Source of the DNA: Cenococcum geophilum
Taxonomy: Eukaryota
NCBI GenBank assembly: GCA_050273025.1
Contig: CP158635.1
Location: 29,884,001 to 29,948,000 of the forward strand
Direction: 5' to 3'
DNA length: 64,000 bases
Part shown: in pieces, positions 27,113 to 40,083 of the stretch
Layout: each line of letters begins with the position of its first letter
Numbering within the stretch: position 1 is the stretch's first letter
Notes under the pieces: model-generated
Databases searched by the model: none
What the model saw: only the letters and a program-made list of their open reading frames with translations
Told to the model about the DNA's origin: nothing
Made by a program: the position numbers and the translations under genes

Positions 27113-30100
27113 TGTCGGTAGATATTCGTTTCGTATATTACGTGCGTAAAGCACATGATCTACGCGACGCGCATATATATCATCAAGACGTGTAGATAGA
27201 ACGAGAAGAAGAATCCAACTATATACCGCACTGCACGTATATTACGTCTATTGCACTGTGTTAAAGCATACTAACACTAATTAGTGAGCGCGCACAGATC
27301 AGGAAAGACGTAGATAGCTTGGAAGACAGTTATACTGTCCACCTTGCAGCAGATTAGAAGATAGTTATACTTATCCACCTTTCGTATCAGCCTATTTCAG
27401 TTAAAAAGAAGAAGAGAAACCACCTAGGAGTACTTGTCTGGTATCCACGACGACTTCTAGACATCTCGTTCTATCTATTTTAGAAGAACTACTGCACAAA
27501 ACACCTTACCCTACTCAAACAACTCGAACCGCCCCCTTAACCGCCTCCTCAACCACCTCCTTAACCGCCCCCTCAACCGCCTCCTTAACCGTTCCCCTAC
27601 CTTTACCCTACGAACACCCTTATCTACCTAAATAATACATAAAATACAAGATGTCAGGAACAGAGAAAGACTGGGAGGAAGAAGCAGCTAAATAGGAAGA
27701 TGGAATTAACCCAACGGAAGTCACCAAGGACGAGCTAACCAACTACGTATAATGCAAGATGTATGTATATACGGAGATACACGACTAGCTAGACTTAACA
27801 CTCTGGGAATCGTTCTAGGGAGATTTTAAGGACTTTACGGTCGATATCTTTACGCAAATCCACTTATACTAGCTTTAGAAACTATGCAATTGTCTAAATA
27901 CTAAAGGAGTATAGGTTAATACTAACCATAAATAAAGCAAATTACTCCCTTAATCCTTATACGATATAGTATAAGAAGAAGACTAAATGGAATGGACTAG
28001 AGAAGAGATAAACGTACTTAAGAAAAAGTTTAACACTGGTATTAAGTTAAGAAGTATTTAGTATTATAAGACATATAGAACTCTAGAAGAGCAATAAGCA
28101 AGACATTCCTTAGTGCCTATGCTTTCCACTATACCTTAATCTATAATTACCTCTACCTTTATACTATCTATTACGCCTTAACCTGTAATAATAATACAGC
28201 AACTCTACAAATAACCTACAGATAAGGAGAACCGCCCTATCACTACAACTAGCTATAGAAAGGAAATTGCGAATGCAGTTAAGATATACACGGAGGAGCA
28301 GAAATACGGTGGCATAAATGAAAGCCTTAACTATAAATTAACAATATTCTACGATATCTGTAATTAAGCGGACGTACCCTAAGAAGCCTACCTTAAGGCA
28401 TTCCCTACTATATTAAAAGGACTAGCTCTAGACCACTTTTATATAAACTAACTGTCCTACCTACCATTCGCTAAAGCTTGCGAGCACCTTTGGAATTTCT
28501 TTAAAGGACTAGGATTTTAATGTAAGAACCTGGATAAGTGGAATACTATCACACTTATAATAGTAATGGCAGAAAATATAGACAAGTCTATAAGCGAATG
28601 CCTCTAATTGCTAATCCACAGACTTCATTAACTACAGTATGGCCTTAGACCTACCTTATAAACCATAGACTTCCTTTATAACAAAATCGTCACTTCTTGC
28701 CAGGGAATACTAGTATGTAGATATACAGTCTCTGACCTACTAGATAACCTTAAAGCCCTTATTAACAAACTCTAATCGTCTATTACGGCATATAAAAAAG
28801 AGTATGCGGAGAAAATATAAGCTTTTTTTACGGACCGACAATTCTATAGAAGAGATAATAACTATAACCGCAACAACCGCAGTAACCCCCCGTACAACCA
28901 CAACCGACAAAAACCACGTTGCTTCGTATATAATAAGGAAGAATATTGCTTATAGAAATATACTAAGGAGGAGCAAGAAGAGTCTAAGATTAAGTTTAGA
29001 AATAAGTTTAAGGACCGCTTCTAGGAGTAAATAAAGTAATATATTATAGACTATAAAGGCAATAACGATAAGGACAATAATGAGGACGACGAGATTACCA
29101 ACGTATTTAACGCTCTGGTAATTAATATGGACCCTAACACTCTACTAAATGAGGATAACTAGGCTATAATATACTATACTTTATACGGTGAGATCAAACT
29201 AGATAATGTAACCGCTATAGCTTTAGAACTAGCCAACAGAGCTTATAGCCACGTAGTTATAACCATTAATACTACGATAGATGCATTTACTACTAATATA
29301 GACCCGTTTGCGTATAATACAACCTTACGCTATACCTTAATAAAGTTTATAGGTGTAATAATTAACACTAAAGCCTCTAAACGTTCTATAGTAGGATATA
29401 GTCAGTTTCTTACACTTTAGAAGATTGATAAAGTATAGTTAAATGAGTCCACGAGAGGTATAGTTAGCGTATAGTTCGGAATAGGTTCTATATCCTCTAT
29501 TAGTTCTATTAAGGTAGATACACTAATAGGTATAGTAGAGTTCCACGTTGTTAAAGTTGATACCCCTTTCCTGCTTTGCCTAGTAGATATAGATAACTTA
29601 TAAGTATACTTTAACAACCTAAAGAATGTCCTAATAACCCCCTTAAAGACCGTACCAGTTGTACGCTAATTTGGACACCCATTTCTACTATGGGATACCT
29701 TATTATATGTGTTTATTATAGAGTCTTTTAACCAAAACCCATGCTACTTAACTAATGTAGAATTGCGACGCCTATACTGACGCTTTGGATACCCGTTAGT
29801 AGAGCGACTTAAGAGAATATTGGACCGCGCTAGCTATGAAAACGATGCTAATTAAAAGACACTTAAGTATATCACCTGTTACTGCTTATACTGTTAAAAG
29901 TACGGAAAGTTACTAGGCAGATTTAGATTTACCTTAAAGGACAATATTAATTTTAACTACTGCATTATTGTTAACATTATGTATATTAATAGTAAGCCTA
30001 TACTTTATATTGTTAATAAAGGCACCCGATTTTAAATAGGCAGATAGCTATAGAATATTAGCGCTAAGTATATATGGGATATGTTACGAGCGTGCTAGAT

Positions 30101-33100
30101 TAACACATACCTAGGCCCCCCAGATGTAATTGCATACGACGCAGAAAAGAACTTTATTAGTAGAGAGTTTAAGTAATACGCGGTTAATATGGGCACTACC
30201 ATAAAGAGCGTACCAGTTAAAGCTTATAACTTAATTAGTATAGTAGAGCGTTACTACGGCCCCTTATAACGTATATACTATATTATTACTTCTAAGATAC
30301 TAGGAATTAATAAGGATATAGTACTGTAAATGGCCTTTAAAGCAATTAATGACTCCGCAGGACTAGACGGCCTAATACCCACGCTGTTGGTATTTGGAGC
30401 GTACCCCTAAATAACAAAGTCTAATATACCTTCACCTACAGTAATATAGCGTGCGATTATATTTAAGAAAGCTATAGAGGAAGTAAAGAAGATATAAGCA
30501 GAGCGCTAGGTCGTAGATGCACTTAACATGTATAATGGCCCCAGCACTACCGCAATTTATAATCTACCCCTTAACTCTTTAGTATTAGTCTAGAGAGAAG
30601 GCAATATAGGATAACCTAGATACTGGGTAGGACTATATAACCTACTAAATATTAAAGGAAAAACGTGTGCTGTTAACCTACCTAGCGGCCCTATGAAGTT
30701 CCGTAGCACTACTATTAAACCATACTTAATAGACCCTAGAAATATTCACGTTAAAGACATTTAAGATAACGGCACCTAAGTTGATAATATTTAAGTTAAG
30801 AAAACGGCCCGTACATGCGAACCGTCTATAGAAACCATCTCTATATAGAAACCGTCCCTTACCAAAACCGGAGAAGCACAACTACCTTACTAAGGAAGAG
30901 GAAGACCCCACAAGTATCCCCTTTACGTTAATACTGCCGATATTACTATATTCTTGCAAGAAAACAGCAACTATAAGCAGTTTAAAACGTCCCGTTAAAA
31001 GAAAATTACAGAACTGATTAAAAAGGGCGTATTTAAGATAATTAACCCTTAGGACATACCCGCAGGAGTTAGAATCTTTAACTCACGATTTATAGATAAG
31101 ATTAAGAACCCTAGTACTAATAAAGCCTTTAAGAAATCGAGACTCGTTGTCCAAGCGTACAACGATCTTAAAAAGGGCATTATACTAACCCAGTTACCTA
31201 CTATTTAACGAGTTAGCCAACGCCTTATTCTATACATCGCAGCAATACTACAAGGCAACGGCACACAGTTATACCTACAAGATATCTCCTAGGCGTATGT
31301 CCAATCTCTTACAAAGCTAAATTAAGACTTCTATATCCAACTACCTTACAAGTTAGGAAGCCAACTAGGCATCGGAAAGAACTCGATCCTAAAGGTAATT
31401 AAGCCTTTATATGGTGTTCCAGAAGCAGGCAATCACTAGTTTACGACCTACTATAATTATTATATTAAGGAATTAGATATAAACTTATTAATATATAACC
31501 CGTGCCTCTTATAGAGCAACACTTCTAACTAATTTAGCATTATTGGCCTTTAAACTAATAACACTCTATTCCTAGCTAATACCACCTTTACAGACGCGGA
31601 GCAACAATATTTAGAAAAGGCTTAATTTCTCGCAAAAGAACGCGAGTAACTTACGGTTAAGCAGTCACTTAAATTTAACGGATACATCATTTAACTCTCT
31701 TGGGAAGGCAATATTATAATAACCTAGGAACACTAGTATAAGAACCTAAATACGGTCCACCTTGGCAAAATAGCTATAACTATAAGCTTAAGAGGTATTA
31801 TCCGTAATACACTAACTATAAAGGAACAATACGTTACGCAACGCATAAGAGGTGCGTATATTGCCTCTATATATTAACCAGAAGCTTTATTTAATCTCTC
31901 TTTTACCACCTAGGTAATTAACCCTAAGAAGGAAGACGTTACAGCACTTAATAAACGACTATAATTGCAGATTAATAATCTAATAAGAGGCCTTACGTTT
32001 GTCAAATTGGACATTAGCATATTACGCCTACTTGTTTTTACTAACGCCTTATTCGCCAATAATAAGGACCTCTTATTATAAATAGGATATATACTAGTAT
32101 TAGAGGACGCGTTATATAAGGCTAACATTATTTACTGGTCGTTAATTAAGTATAAGAGAGTCACTAGAAGCGTACTAGCCTTAGAACTCTACGCAATAGC
32201 CTACGGATTTAATATCGGCGCCGCAATTAAGTTAACCGTTAAACAACTCCTATAGATTAAACTCCTACTCGTACTTTACACTAACTTAAAATTACTCTAC
32301 AAATGTCTTGTTAAGCTAGGCACTATATAAAAGAAACATCTTATAATAGACGTTATGTGTCTCCGTTAGTTATATAAGCGCAGAGAGATTACGGAAGTTA
32401 AGTGGATTAACGGTAATAGCAACCCTACTAACTCAATAACTAAGAGCAAGGCATCTACGGCTCTTAAGAAGTTAATTAATACCAACTACTTAGAACTATA
32501 GACTATAGAGTAGGTTGAATAAATGAACTAAGATTTGGCGTAGCGTTGTAACGGTACCATATTCTACGGACCCTAAATTCAACTAGCCAATTAGGATTTT
32601 CCATACCCGGCATAGAAAATCGCTATTAGCTCGCTTACCACTAGCGCCTTAGCGACCCTCGCGACATGTCCGCTTACTACCCCTACCAATTCTCCTTCTT
32701 CTCCTTAACTTAGTATCCTCGTTAGATAGCAATTGTCATAGGACACTCCCGTGACACCTTACACGCGTCCACCTATTTCCACCAACTTAGCAATTAGAGA
32801 CTAACCGCGAGACAGCAACCTAATGACAATTTAACGGCAATCTACGGCATTCTGCTATATTCTACCAAGTCCACTAAGTCCTGCCAAGCTCTGCCAGGAC
32901 CACTACTCAAATCCTATTCTACGGAGAAGCTATTATACATTACGGACGGAAGAGCTAGTTATTGCGTATACGCTACGAATAACGGGAATAGTACGATTTG
33001 GTTTCCTTCAGAGTTGCTCCAGTGTCGGTAGATATTCGTTTCGTATATCACGTGCGTAAAGCACGTAATCTACGCGACGCGCATATGTATCATCAAGACG

Positions 33101-33186
33101 TGTAGATAGAACGAGAAGAAGAATCCAACTACATACCGCACTGCACGTATATTACGTCTATTGCACTATATTAAAGCATACCAACA
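27113..33186 (+). mobile_element. Full-length Ty1/Copia retrotransposon H nested in F
   Basis: 164-bp LTRs 27113-27276 and 33023-33186; TSD TTTAT; single degenerate ORF 27651-~32530 in Copia order: protease ~29355, integrase ~29770-30400, RT (KSRLVVQAY, DIS.AYVQS, KPLYG) ~31130-31600, RNase H (SVLA.ELYA) ~32030-32450. Confidence 0.93.
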
Positions 33187-34876
33187 TTTATAAAGCGGGT
33201 ATAATTTAAGGATTAGGAGGAACTACAGCGGACCTTTTTAAAAGGGTAAGTTTAATAATTCCTTTAAATATATCCCTTTTTACCGCATCTAAAGCATTTT
33301 CTATTTACGGCTTAAGTTCTTTGTTTATTAGTTTCTAAGGGTATATAGGATTAAGTGGCATTAAGGTTTATAGGGTTATATATAGGGCTTTTAGGTCTTA
33401 AAGACGGATCGCGTTTTAGGATATATACCAGTTTTATAAAGTTTTAAATATAAGGTATAGTTGGCTTTAGGGAATAAGTCTATTTATTATATTAAAGGTC
33501 CTTATTAATTTGTTAATATATTATAGCAAATTTAGGTAAGTCCTTTGGCAGTTCTCTACCTACTAACTATACTCTAATTTTATCTAAAATAGCTTAACGG
33601 AGAGTAGTAACTCTAGCGGCTTTATTCTAATCTAGTTTACTAATAAGGCCTAAAAATTCTAAAAAAAAAGCTAGTAAAGTCTTGGTTCCGTTATTATAGG
33701 CTTTTAAGTTTAGTAATAGCTATATATTTATAGCTAGTATTATTATATATTTATTCTAGTAGAGAGATAGAGATTTTAAAATTAATAAAGGTGCTATTAT
33801 AGAAGAATAGGTCTATAGTTTATATAGCGTCTTTACTTAAACGAGATATTCTATAGCTAATCTTACTAGCTTTAGTAGGGTATTAATTATAGTTTATTAA
33901 AAGTTTAAGACGGAGCTTAGTTATAAAGGGATGTATATTATTTTAATTTTTATTAAATATTAGAGGGTTAGGGAGCTTTTTAGATTTTATAATAGGTATT
34001 AGGTTTATTATAGGTATGGGTTAAGCTACTATTACTAGTTTAGGGTTTATATTTAATAGGCCAGGTTTACATATAGTTATTTTAATTTCGTTTATAGGTG
34101 TTATTATTAGGGTTTTTAATATAAGTGCTTTAAGGTTACAGAGTTCTTTGCGGATTGCTCCTATTAATTACTAGTATTAAGCTTCTAATATCGCTTGCTA
34201 TTAGGCCAAAGCATCTATAAAGGACTGTTATATTATAGTTAACTATTCCCTAACTAGGGCTATAATGCTTATAGTTAACGCGGTAGGTTCGAGTTCGTTT
34301 ACCATTTTAATAGTAGTTATTTTAATATAATGTAATATAAGGGCGCGGAGAGACTTTAGGGAAGATTTAAAGGAATAATATAAATTCTATCTAAATCTAA
34401 GGGTATATAGCTCTCGCTAAGAACAAGACGTTGCGTAAAGAAGAGAAAGGAATAACAAGAGAATTATATAATTAAATAGTTAGGGGCTTGGTGGTCGATG
34501 CGTGCGCATATACACATGCGGTCTTCGACGGACTTTAGTAAAATTTAATTAATCTAGTAGAATTTAGTTAAAGCGTCGGAATTTATCTGTCGAGTGTTTC
34601 ACTGAGACATTTCTACTATAACTGGGCTAGTCCCGTTATACTTATACGGAGCCTAAGTAGACCTAAGTTAGGATAACAAGGTATATCTAGTTTAAGCTAT
34701 AGATAAAATTAAACCAATTAAAGGCTTTACCTTAATCTAATAAAGTCCTAACTAGATGGCGCTAGATAAAACTATAAGCAGCTACTCTAGTAGGGGGATA
34801 GCTATTTGTAATATATTAAATACAGACAGTATCTTCTATTAACTAATCGTGTCAAGTTAAGCCTTTTTCTACTATA

Positions 34877-37800
34877 TATGACAGCGACCAGCCAATTGAG
34901 GCACTAGCACGGTATAACACGCATATAACCTATACAATTGGAATATTATTTACGAGGATATTAAGCTAAGGAGCTGAGGTGGAAGAGGACACGTTTATAT
35001 ATATATGCCAAGCCCTAAGCAAGAGCCCCTGACCAAATCCGTTACGGTGCCGTAATATTACCCCCCCCTTTAAAAAAGCTTGCCCTTAAGCTTTGTCCTT
35101 TACCTCTTATATAGTTGTAGTTATTACTACAGGTGGGGCAGCGAGGGTTAATAGGATGCTGTAGGCAGGAGCAGCGGATGTCAAATTAAGGTTAGCTACA
35201 GGTGTAGCAGTAAGAGTTAGTGGTATTGCTATAGGCAGAGCAGCAGGTGTCGGTTGTAATACTACGGGCAGGAGCAGTAGAAGTCGATTATAGTGCTATA
35301 GGTAAAGCAGCGAGTGTTAAATTAGATTAACTGTAGGCGTAGCAGCAGGTCTAATGGTTTAGCTACGGGCGGGAGCAGTAACGGTCGAATTGGATATGCT
35401 ATAGGTAGGAGCAGCAGTGGTCGAATTAAGGTTTAGCTGCAGGTAGGAGCAGCTGTGTTCGGGTAGTAGTACGGTACTAGCGGTGGTAACGATAGTGGTC
35501 GAGCATAGAGCTTATCTATTAGTTGTCTTATAATAGCAGGTCAAACATAGAGCTTAAGCTATTAATTAGTTGATAGATAGCAGGCATATCGGCGCTATTA
35601 ATAATTAAGGGGGTGGCAGTACGGTGCAAGCGAAAGTTAGTAAATCGCAGGCGTATCGGCACGATTAATAGTCGGTCGATGGTTTGTGGTAGTAGGCGTA
35701 TTGGCACTACTGTTGGTCTATAGGACTATAGGCAGAGCGGCATAGTTAGTGGTTAGTGGTAGAGTGGTGCCAGCGTTAATAGTTCTGGTGATTTTATTCC
35801 TCACAGCTCGTACAACTTAGTATTAGTTGGGGTTGTTCTTCGCAGCTAGTGTATAGCACTAGTCTTAGTATTAACCGATTTCGTTCCTTACAGTATACGT
35901 AGCTTAGTATCTATTAAAAAGGACTATTTAGGTAGTAATACGGTGTAAGCGTCTAATAGAGAGACGTACAGTCGGTTAAAGGGTCGTTGTTTAATCGATT
36001 GATTAATAGGCAGGTGTATGCGTTCGGTTGATAGATATACGCGTTACTTAGTTAGTTAATAAGATCGTATGGTTAGAAAGAGGTTACCGCTCGGCATATA
36101 CTTCCCTATAGTATAGGCGGCCGTTAAGTAGAGAGAAGAGAAAAAAAAGAATTAAATATAAAGGGTGCCTATATGGTATAGGACTTTAATAAGGGTGCCT
36201 ATATAGTATAGGGATTCTATACCCAGCCACTATAGGACTTTAATAATAATAATAATAATAATAATTATAACAGCCTATATATAACTAAGGGAGCTTAATA
36301 TAATATAACAGCGACTAGCTAATTAAGGTATTAGTATGGTATAATATATATACAACCTATATAATTAAAATATTATTTATAAGGATATTAAGCTAAGGAG
36401 CTAAGGTAGAAGAGGATATGTTTATATATATATGCTAAGCCCTAAGCAAGAGCCCCTAACCGAATCCGTTACGGTGCCGTAATATTACCCCCCCCTTTAA
36501 AAAAGCTTGCCCTTAAGCTTTGTCCTTTACCTCTTATATAGTTATAGTTATTGCTATAGGTAGGGCAGCAAGGGTTAATAGGATACTGTAGGTAGAAGCA
36601 GCGGATATTAAATTAAGGTTAGCTGTAGGTGTAGTAGTAGGAGTTAGTAGTATTGCTATAGGTAAAGTAGTAGGTATTGGTTATAATACTACAGGTAGGA
36701 GTAGTAGAAGTTAATTATAGTGCTATAGGCAAAGCAGCGAGTGTTAAATTAGATTAACTGTAGGCGTAGCAGTAGGTCTAATGGTTTAGCTGCGGGCGGG
36801 AGTAGTAATGGTTAAATTGGATATGCTGTAGGCAGGAGTAGTAGTGGTTAAATTAAGGTTTAGCTACAGGCAGGAGCAGCTGTGTTTGGGTAGTAGTACG
36901 GTACTAGCGGTGGTAACGATAGTAGTCGAGTATAGAGCTCGTCTATTGGTTATCTTATAATAGTAGGTCGAACACAGAGCTTAAGCTATTAATTGGTCGA
37001 TAGATAGCAGGCATATCGGCGCTATTGATAATTAAGGGGGTGGCAGTACGGTGTAAGCGAAAGTCGGTAGATCGCAGGCGTATCGGCACGATCGATAGTT
37101 GGTCAATAGTTTGTGGTAGTAGGCGTATTGGCACTACTGTTGGTCTATAGGACTATAGGCAGAGCGGCATAGTCGGTGGTCAGTGGCAGAGTGGTGCTAG
37201 CGTTAATAGTTCTGGTGATTTCGTTCCTCGCAGCTCGTACGACTTAGTATTAGTCGGGGTCGTTCTTCGCAGCTAGTGCATAGCACTAGTCTCAGTATTA
37301 ACCGATTTCGTTCCTCGCAGTATACGTAGCTCAGTATCCATTAAAAAGGACTATTTAGGTAGCAGTACAGTGCAAGCGTCCGATAGAGAGACGTACGGTC
37401 GGTTAAAGGGTCGTTGTTCGATCGATTGATTAATAGGCAGGTGTACGCGTTTGGTTGACAGATATACGCGTTGCTTAGTTAGTCAACGAGATTGTATAGT
37501 CGGAAAGAGGTTACCGCTCGGCATATGCTTCCCTATAGCATAGGCGGCCGTTAGGTAAAGAGAAAAGAAAAAAAAGAATTAAATATAAAGGGTGCCTATA
37601 CGGTGTAGGACTTTAATAAGGGTGCCTATATAGTATAGGGATTCCATACCCAGCTACTATAGGACTTTAATAATAATGATAATAATAATAATTATAATAG
37701 CCTGTATATGACTAAGGGAGCTTAATATAATGTGACAGCAACTAGCTAATTAAGGCACTAGTATAGCATAATACGTATACAACCTATATAATTGGAATAT

Positions 37801-37889
37801 TATTTATAAGGATATTAAGCTAAGGAGCTAAGGTGGAAGAGGATACGTCTATATATATCCCTGACTGAATCCGTTACGGTGCCGTAACA
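34877..37889 (-). mobile_element. Tandem non-autonomous LTR element I (LTR-internal-LTR-internal-LTR, 1427-bp period)
   Basis: LTRs 34877-35057, 36304-36484, 37731-37889 (last with ~22-bp deletion); single TSD CTATA (34872-34876, 37890-37894); minus-strand PPT next to LTR1 and LTR2; no pol motifs in the 1246-bp internal region. Confidence 0.9.
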
Positions 37890-37924
37890 CTATATTAACC
37901 TTAAGGACTTCTAGTTCCCTCACA

Positions 37925-38520
37925 ATAGCAGAATTTAGTAGGTGGCGTACTATAGCGCCGCTATATCTATCTTGCTATAGAATAGGGGTTAAACCTAATA
38001 TTTCTTTAGGTATAGAGCGTATACTATTTTACCTAGAACTATATTCTTTAAAATATCTTTTAAGCTTATTAATAATATATACCTTTCTAATTCTTTATCG
38101 TTCTACTATTTAAATATTCTTATTTTAAAATATATTTTAAGATCTACTTTTATAAGCTAAGGGTATCTAAAGATAAAGTTATAGCCTATAAAGTTAGCCG
38201 CCTAAAAGGGTTATAGGCTAACTACCTTAATGCAGTTATATATATTAGCTACTAATACTATAAGCTTATAGGCACTATATAGTTTAATCTAATACTTATC
38301 TAAAAAGCCTATAATAGGTTTCTGCTACTTTAATAATAGGATAAGTTTATACTCTTTTACTAAATTATATTATATAAGATTAATTTTAGCGCCACTATAA
38401 TATAGTACTTAGAACTAATATACCTCGCCTATAGGAAGTACCGTTTTTAGCTTAATAGCTATATAGAGGGCCTCTCCTTCTATATCTTACCCTAGTTATT
38501 ATAGTGGCGCTAGGCGCGTC
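37925..38520 (-). mobile_element. Fragment of a G-related Gypsy (aspartic protease region), heavily RIPed
   Basis: Minus-strand translation parallels the protease region of G at ~20040-20370 (INL, KPI..FL, FW.A.F.GY motifs). Confidence 0.6.
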
Positions 38521-38937
38521 ACCTGCTAAATTTTACTAAAATACTATTATATTCTGCCTATCCGATAATTAGCTCGCTTACTACTAGCGCCTTAACGGTT
38601 GACTTATATATTTATTTATATTAGTCCTAACAACCCCTTTTCCTTCTCCTTAGCTTAGTATTTTTATAATATAGTATTTATTTAAGCTTTAATTTAAAGG
38701 CATTTATTTAAGCTATAATATTATACTAAGCTTACCCTATACTGCTTAGGAAGGTCTTAAAAATATCCTACTCTAAAAAGACATTTTTTTACAACGACGC
38801 GTTAATATATTATACTTAGATACTAAAAGTTACTTACCTTATACTGCCTAGGAAGGCCAGACTGTACTAAACCTATACCCTAAAAAAAACCCCAAATTAA
38901 AACTAAATTATATAATTTTAATAAACTTTATAAAGCT

Positions 38938-39660
38938 AATAATAGCACCAAAAGCGAGCTTATTTAAGAGAACTGCCTCTATATAAGTAGAACCTAAGAT
39001 TTAGTTAGGGTTAGAAATTGAGGATAATAATAATACTATAGATATAAGTAAGTAGATTCGCGCCCTTATAGCTAGCTAGAAAGCCAATTATTTTAAAATA
39101 AAAAGTATATAAGAGACTCTATAAGAGATTCTAGAAAGCCTTATAGCTCTATAAAATAGCCTAGCATTGTCTTTTTAAAGTCCTAGCTAACTTATTTACT
39201 TTACTAAATATAATATACTAGGGAGTATAGATATAATAACAAAGTAACTAAATTCGTTAAGCTTTTTAACCCCTAACCGCTATCTAATAAAATAAACCCT
39301 ACCTTTAAGAAATAGAGGATCTAAGTATAAGGAAAACTCTATATTAACGATAACTATTTCCCCTCTAAAGAAGCTAAACTACTTTACCTCTTTAGTTAAA
39401 CTACTAGGAGCGCCTAACGTTACCTTTAGGCTAAGTTTAAGAATAACTTCCTACCTAGTTTATATCTATTAGTAAGGCACTATAGTATTTAGCTATTATT
39501 TATATTAACCTAAATAAAGTACGGAATACCTAGTATAGCTATAACTGCCTAATAAAACTAGACTAACCCTTTACTAAATTCTAAATTTAATTCTTATATC
39601 CTATAGGAGAAGGCTTAGTCCCCCTTAAAAACGACTAATTAGACCTATATAATAAACTGA
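38938..39660 (+). mobile_element. Gypsy-type gag fragment, heavily RIPed
   Basis: De-RIPed WRIQVQGKL.VNDD.FPS.EAKLLYLFS.TT..AQRYL at ~39310-39430, typical of fungal Gypsy gag. Confidence 0.55.
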
Positions 39661-40083
39661 CAGGATACCCTTAGACTTGCACTAGCTCTAAGACTAAGAA
39701 GATATAGCGAGGGTATATTAACGATCTCCTGAGGATCTGATTTATAAGATAAGTAAAACCCTATGTGCCACGTTACGTTAAAGGGTACTATAATTAAAAT
39801 AAGGTAAAAAAAAGTTATATATAGGAATATTTAATTTATATATAGTTTAATATATAAAGACGGTAGTTTAATATGGGCGGATCTTGCTTATCGAGCGAAT
39901 TTTAGAAGATAAGAAAACCTGTATCACGCAACCCCGTGACTTCGCGATTTCTGCAACCCACTTCCAACTTCAATAATTATCCACAAATTTTTCTGAATCG
40001 CCAACCAACCATGCCACGACCACATTTTGGACCGCATAAACCTCTTCATCTAATGACAAAACTGGATATCTACAAAAACCAAG

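Larger units (their letters stand above)
15363..34640 (-). mobile_element. Full-length Ty3/Gypsy chromovirus F, hosting three nested insertions
   Basis: 305-bp LTRs 15363-15667 and 34336-34640; TSD CTTAT (15358-15362, 34641-34645); gag ATG ~34305, zinc knuckle CFRCGKKG(H)I.RN(C) ~33256-33297; RT ~25300-26200; RNase H/integrase ~16600-18470; pol ends ~16068; minus-strand PPT ~15671-15681. Confidence 0.9.

Noticed and set aside
35100..35480. Regularly spaced ~40-bp repeats, superficially CRISPR-like
   Set aside because: Degenerate units inside a eukaryotic LTR element; no conserved repeat/unique spacer pattern, no cas genes
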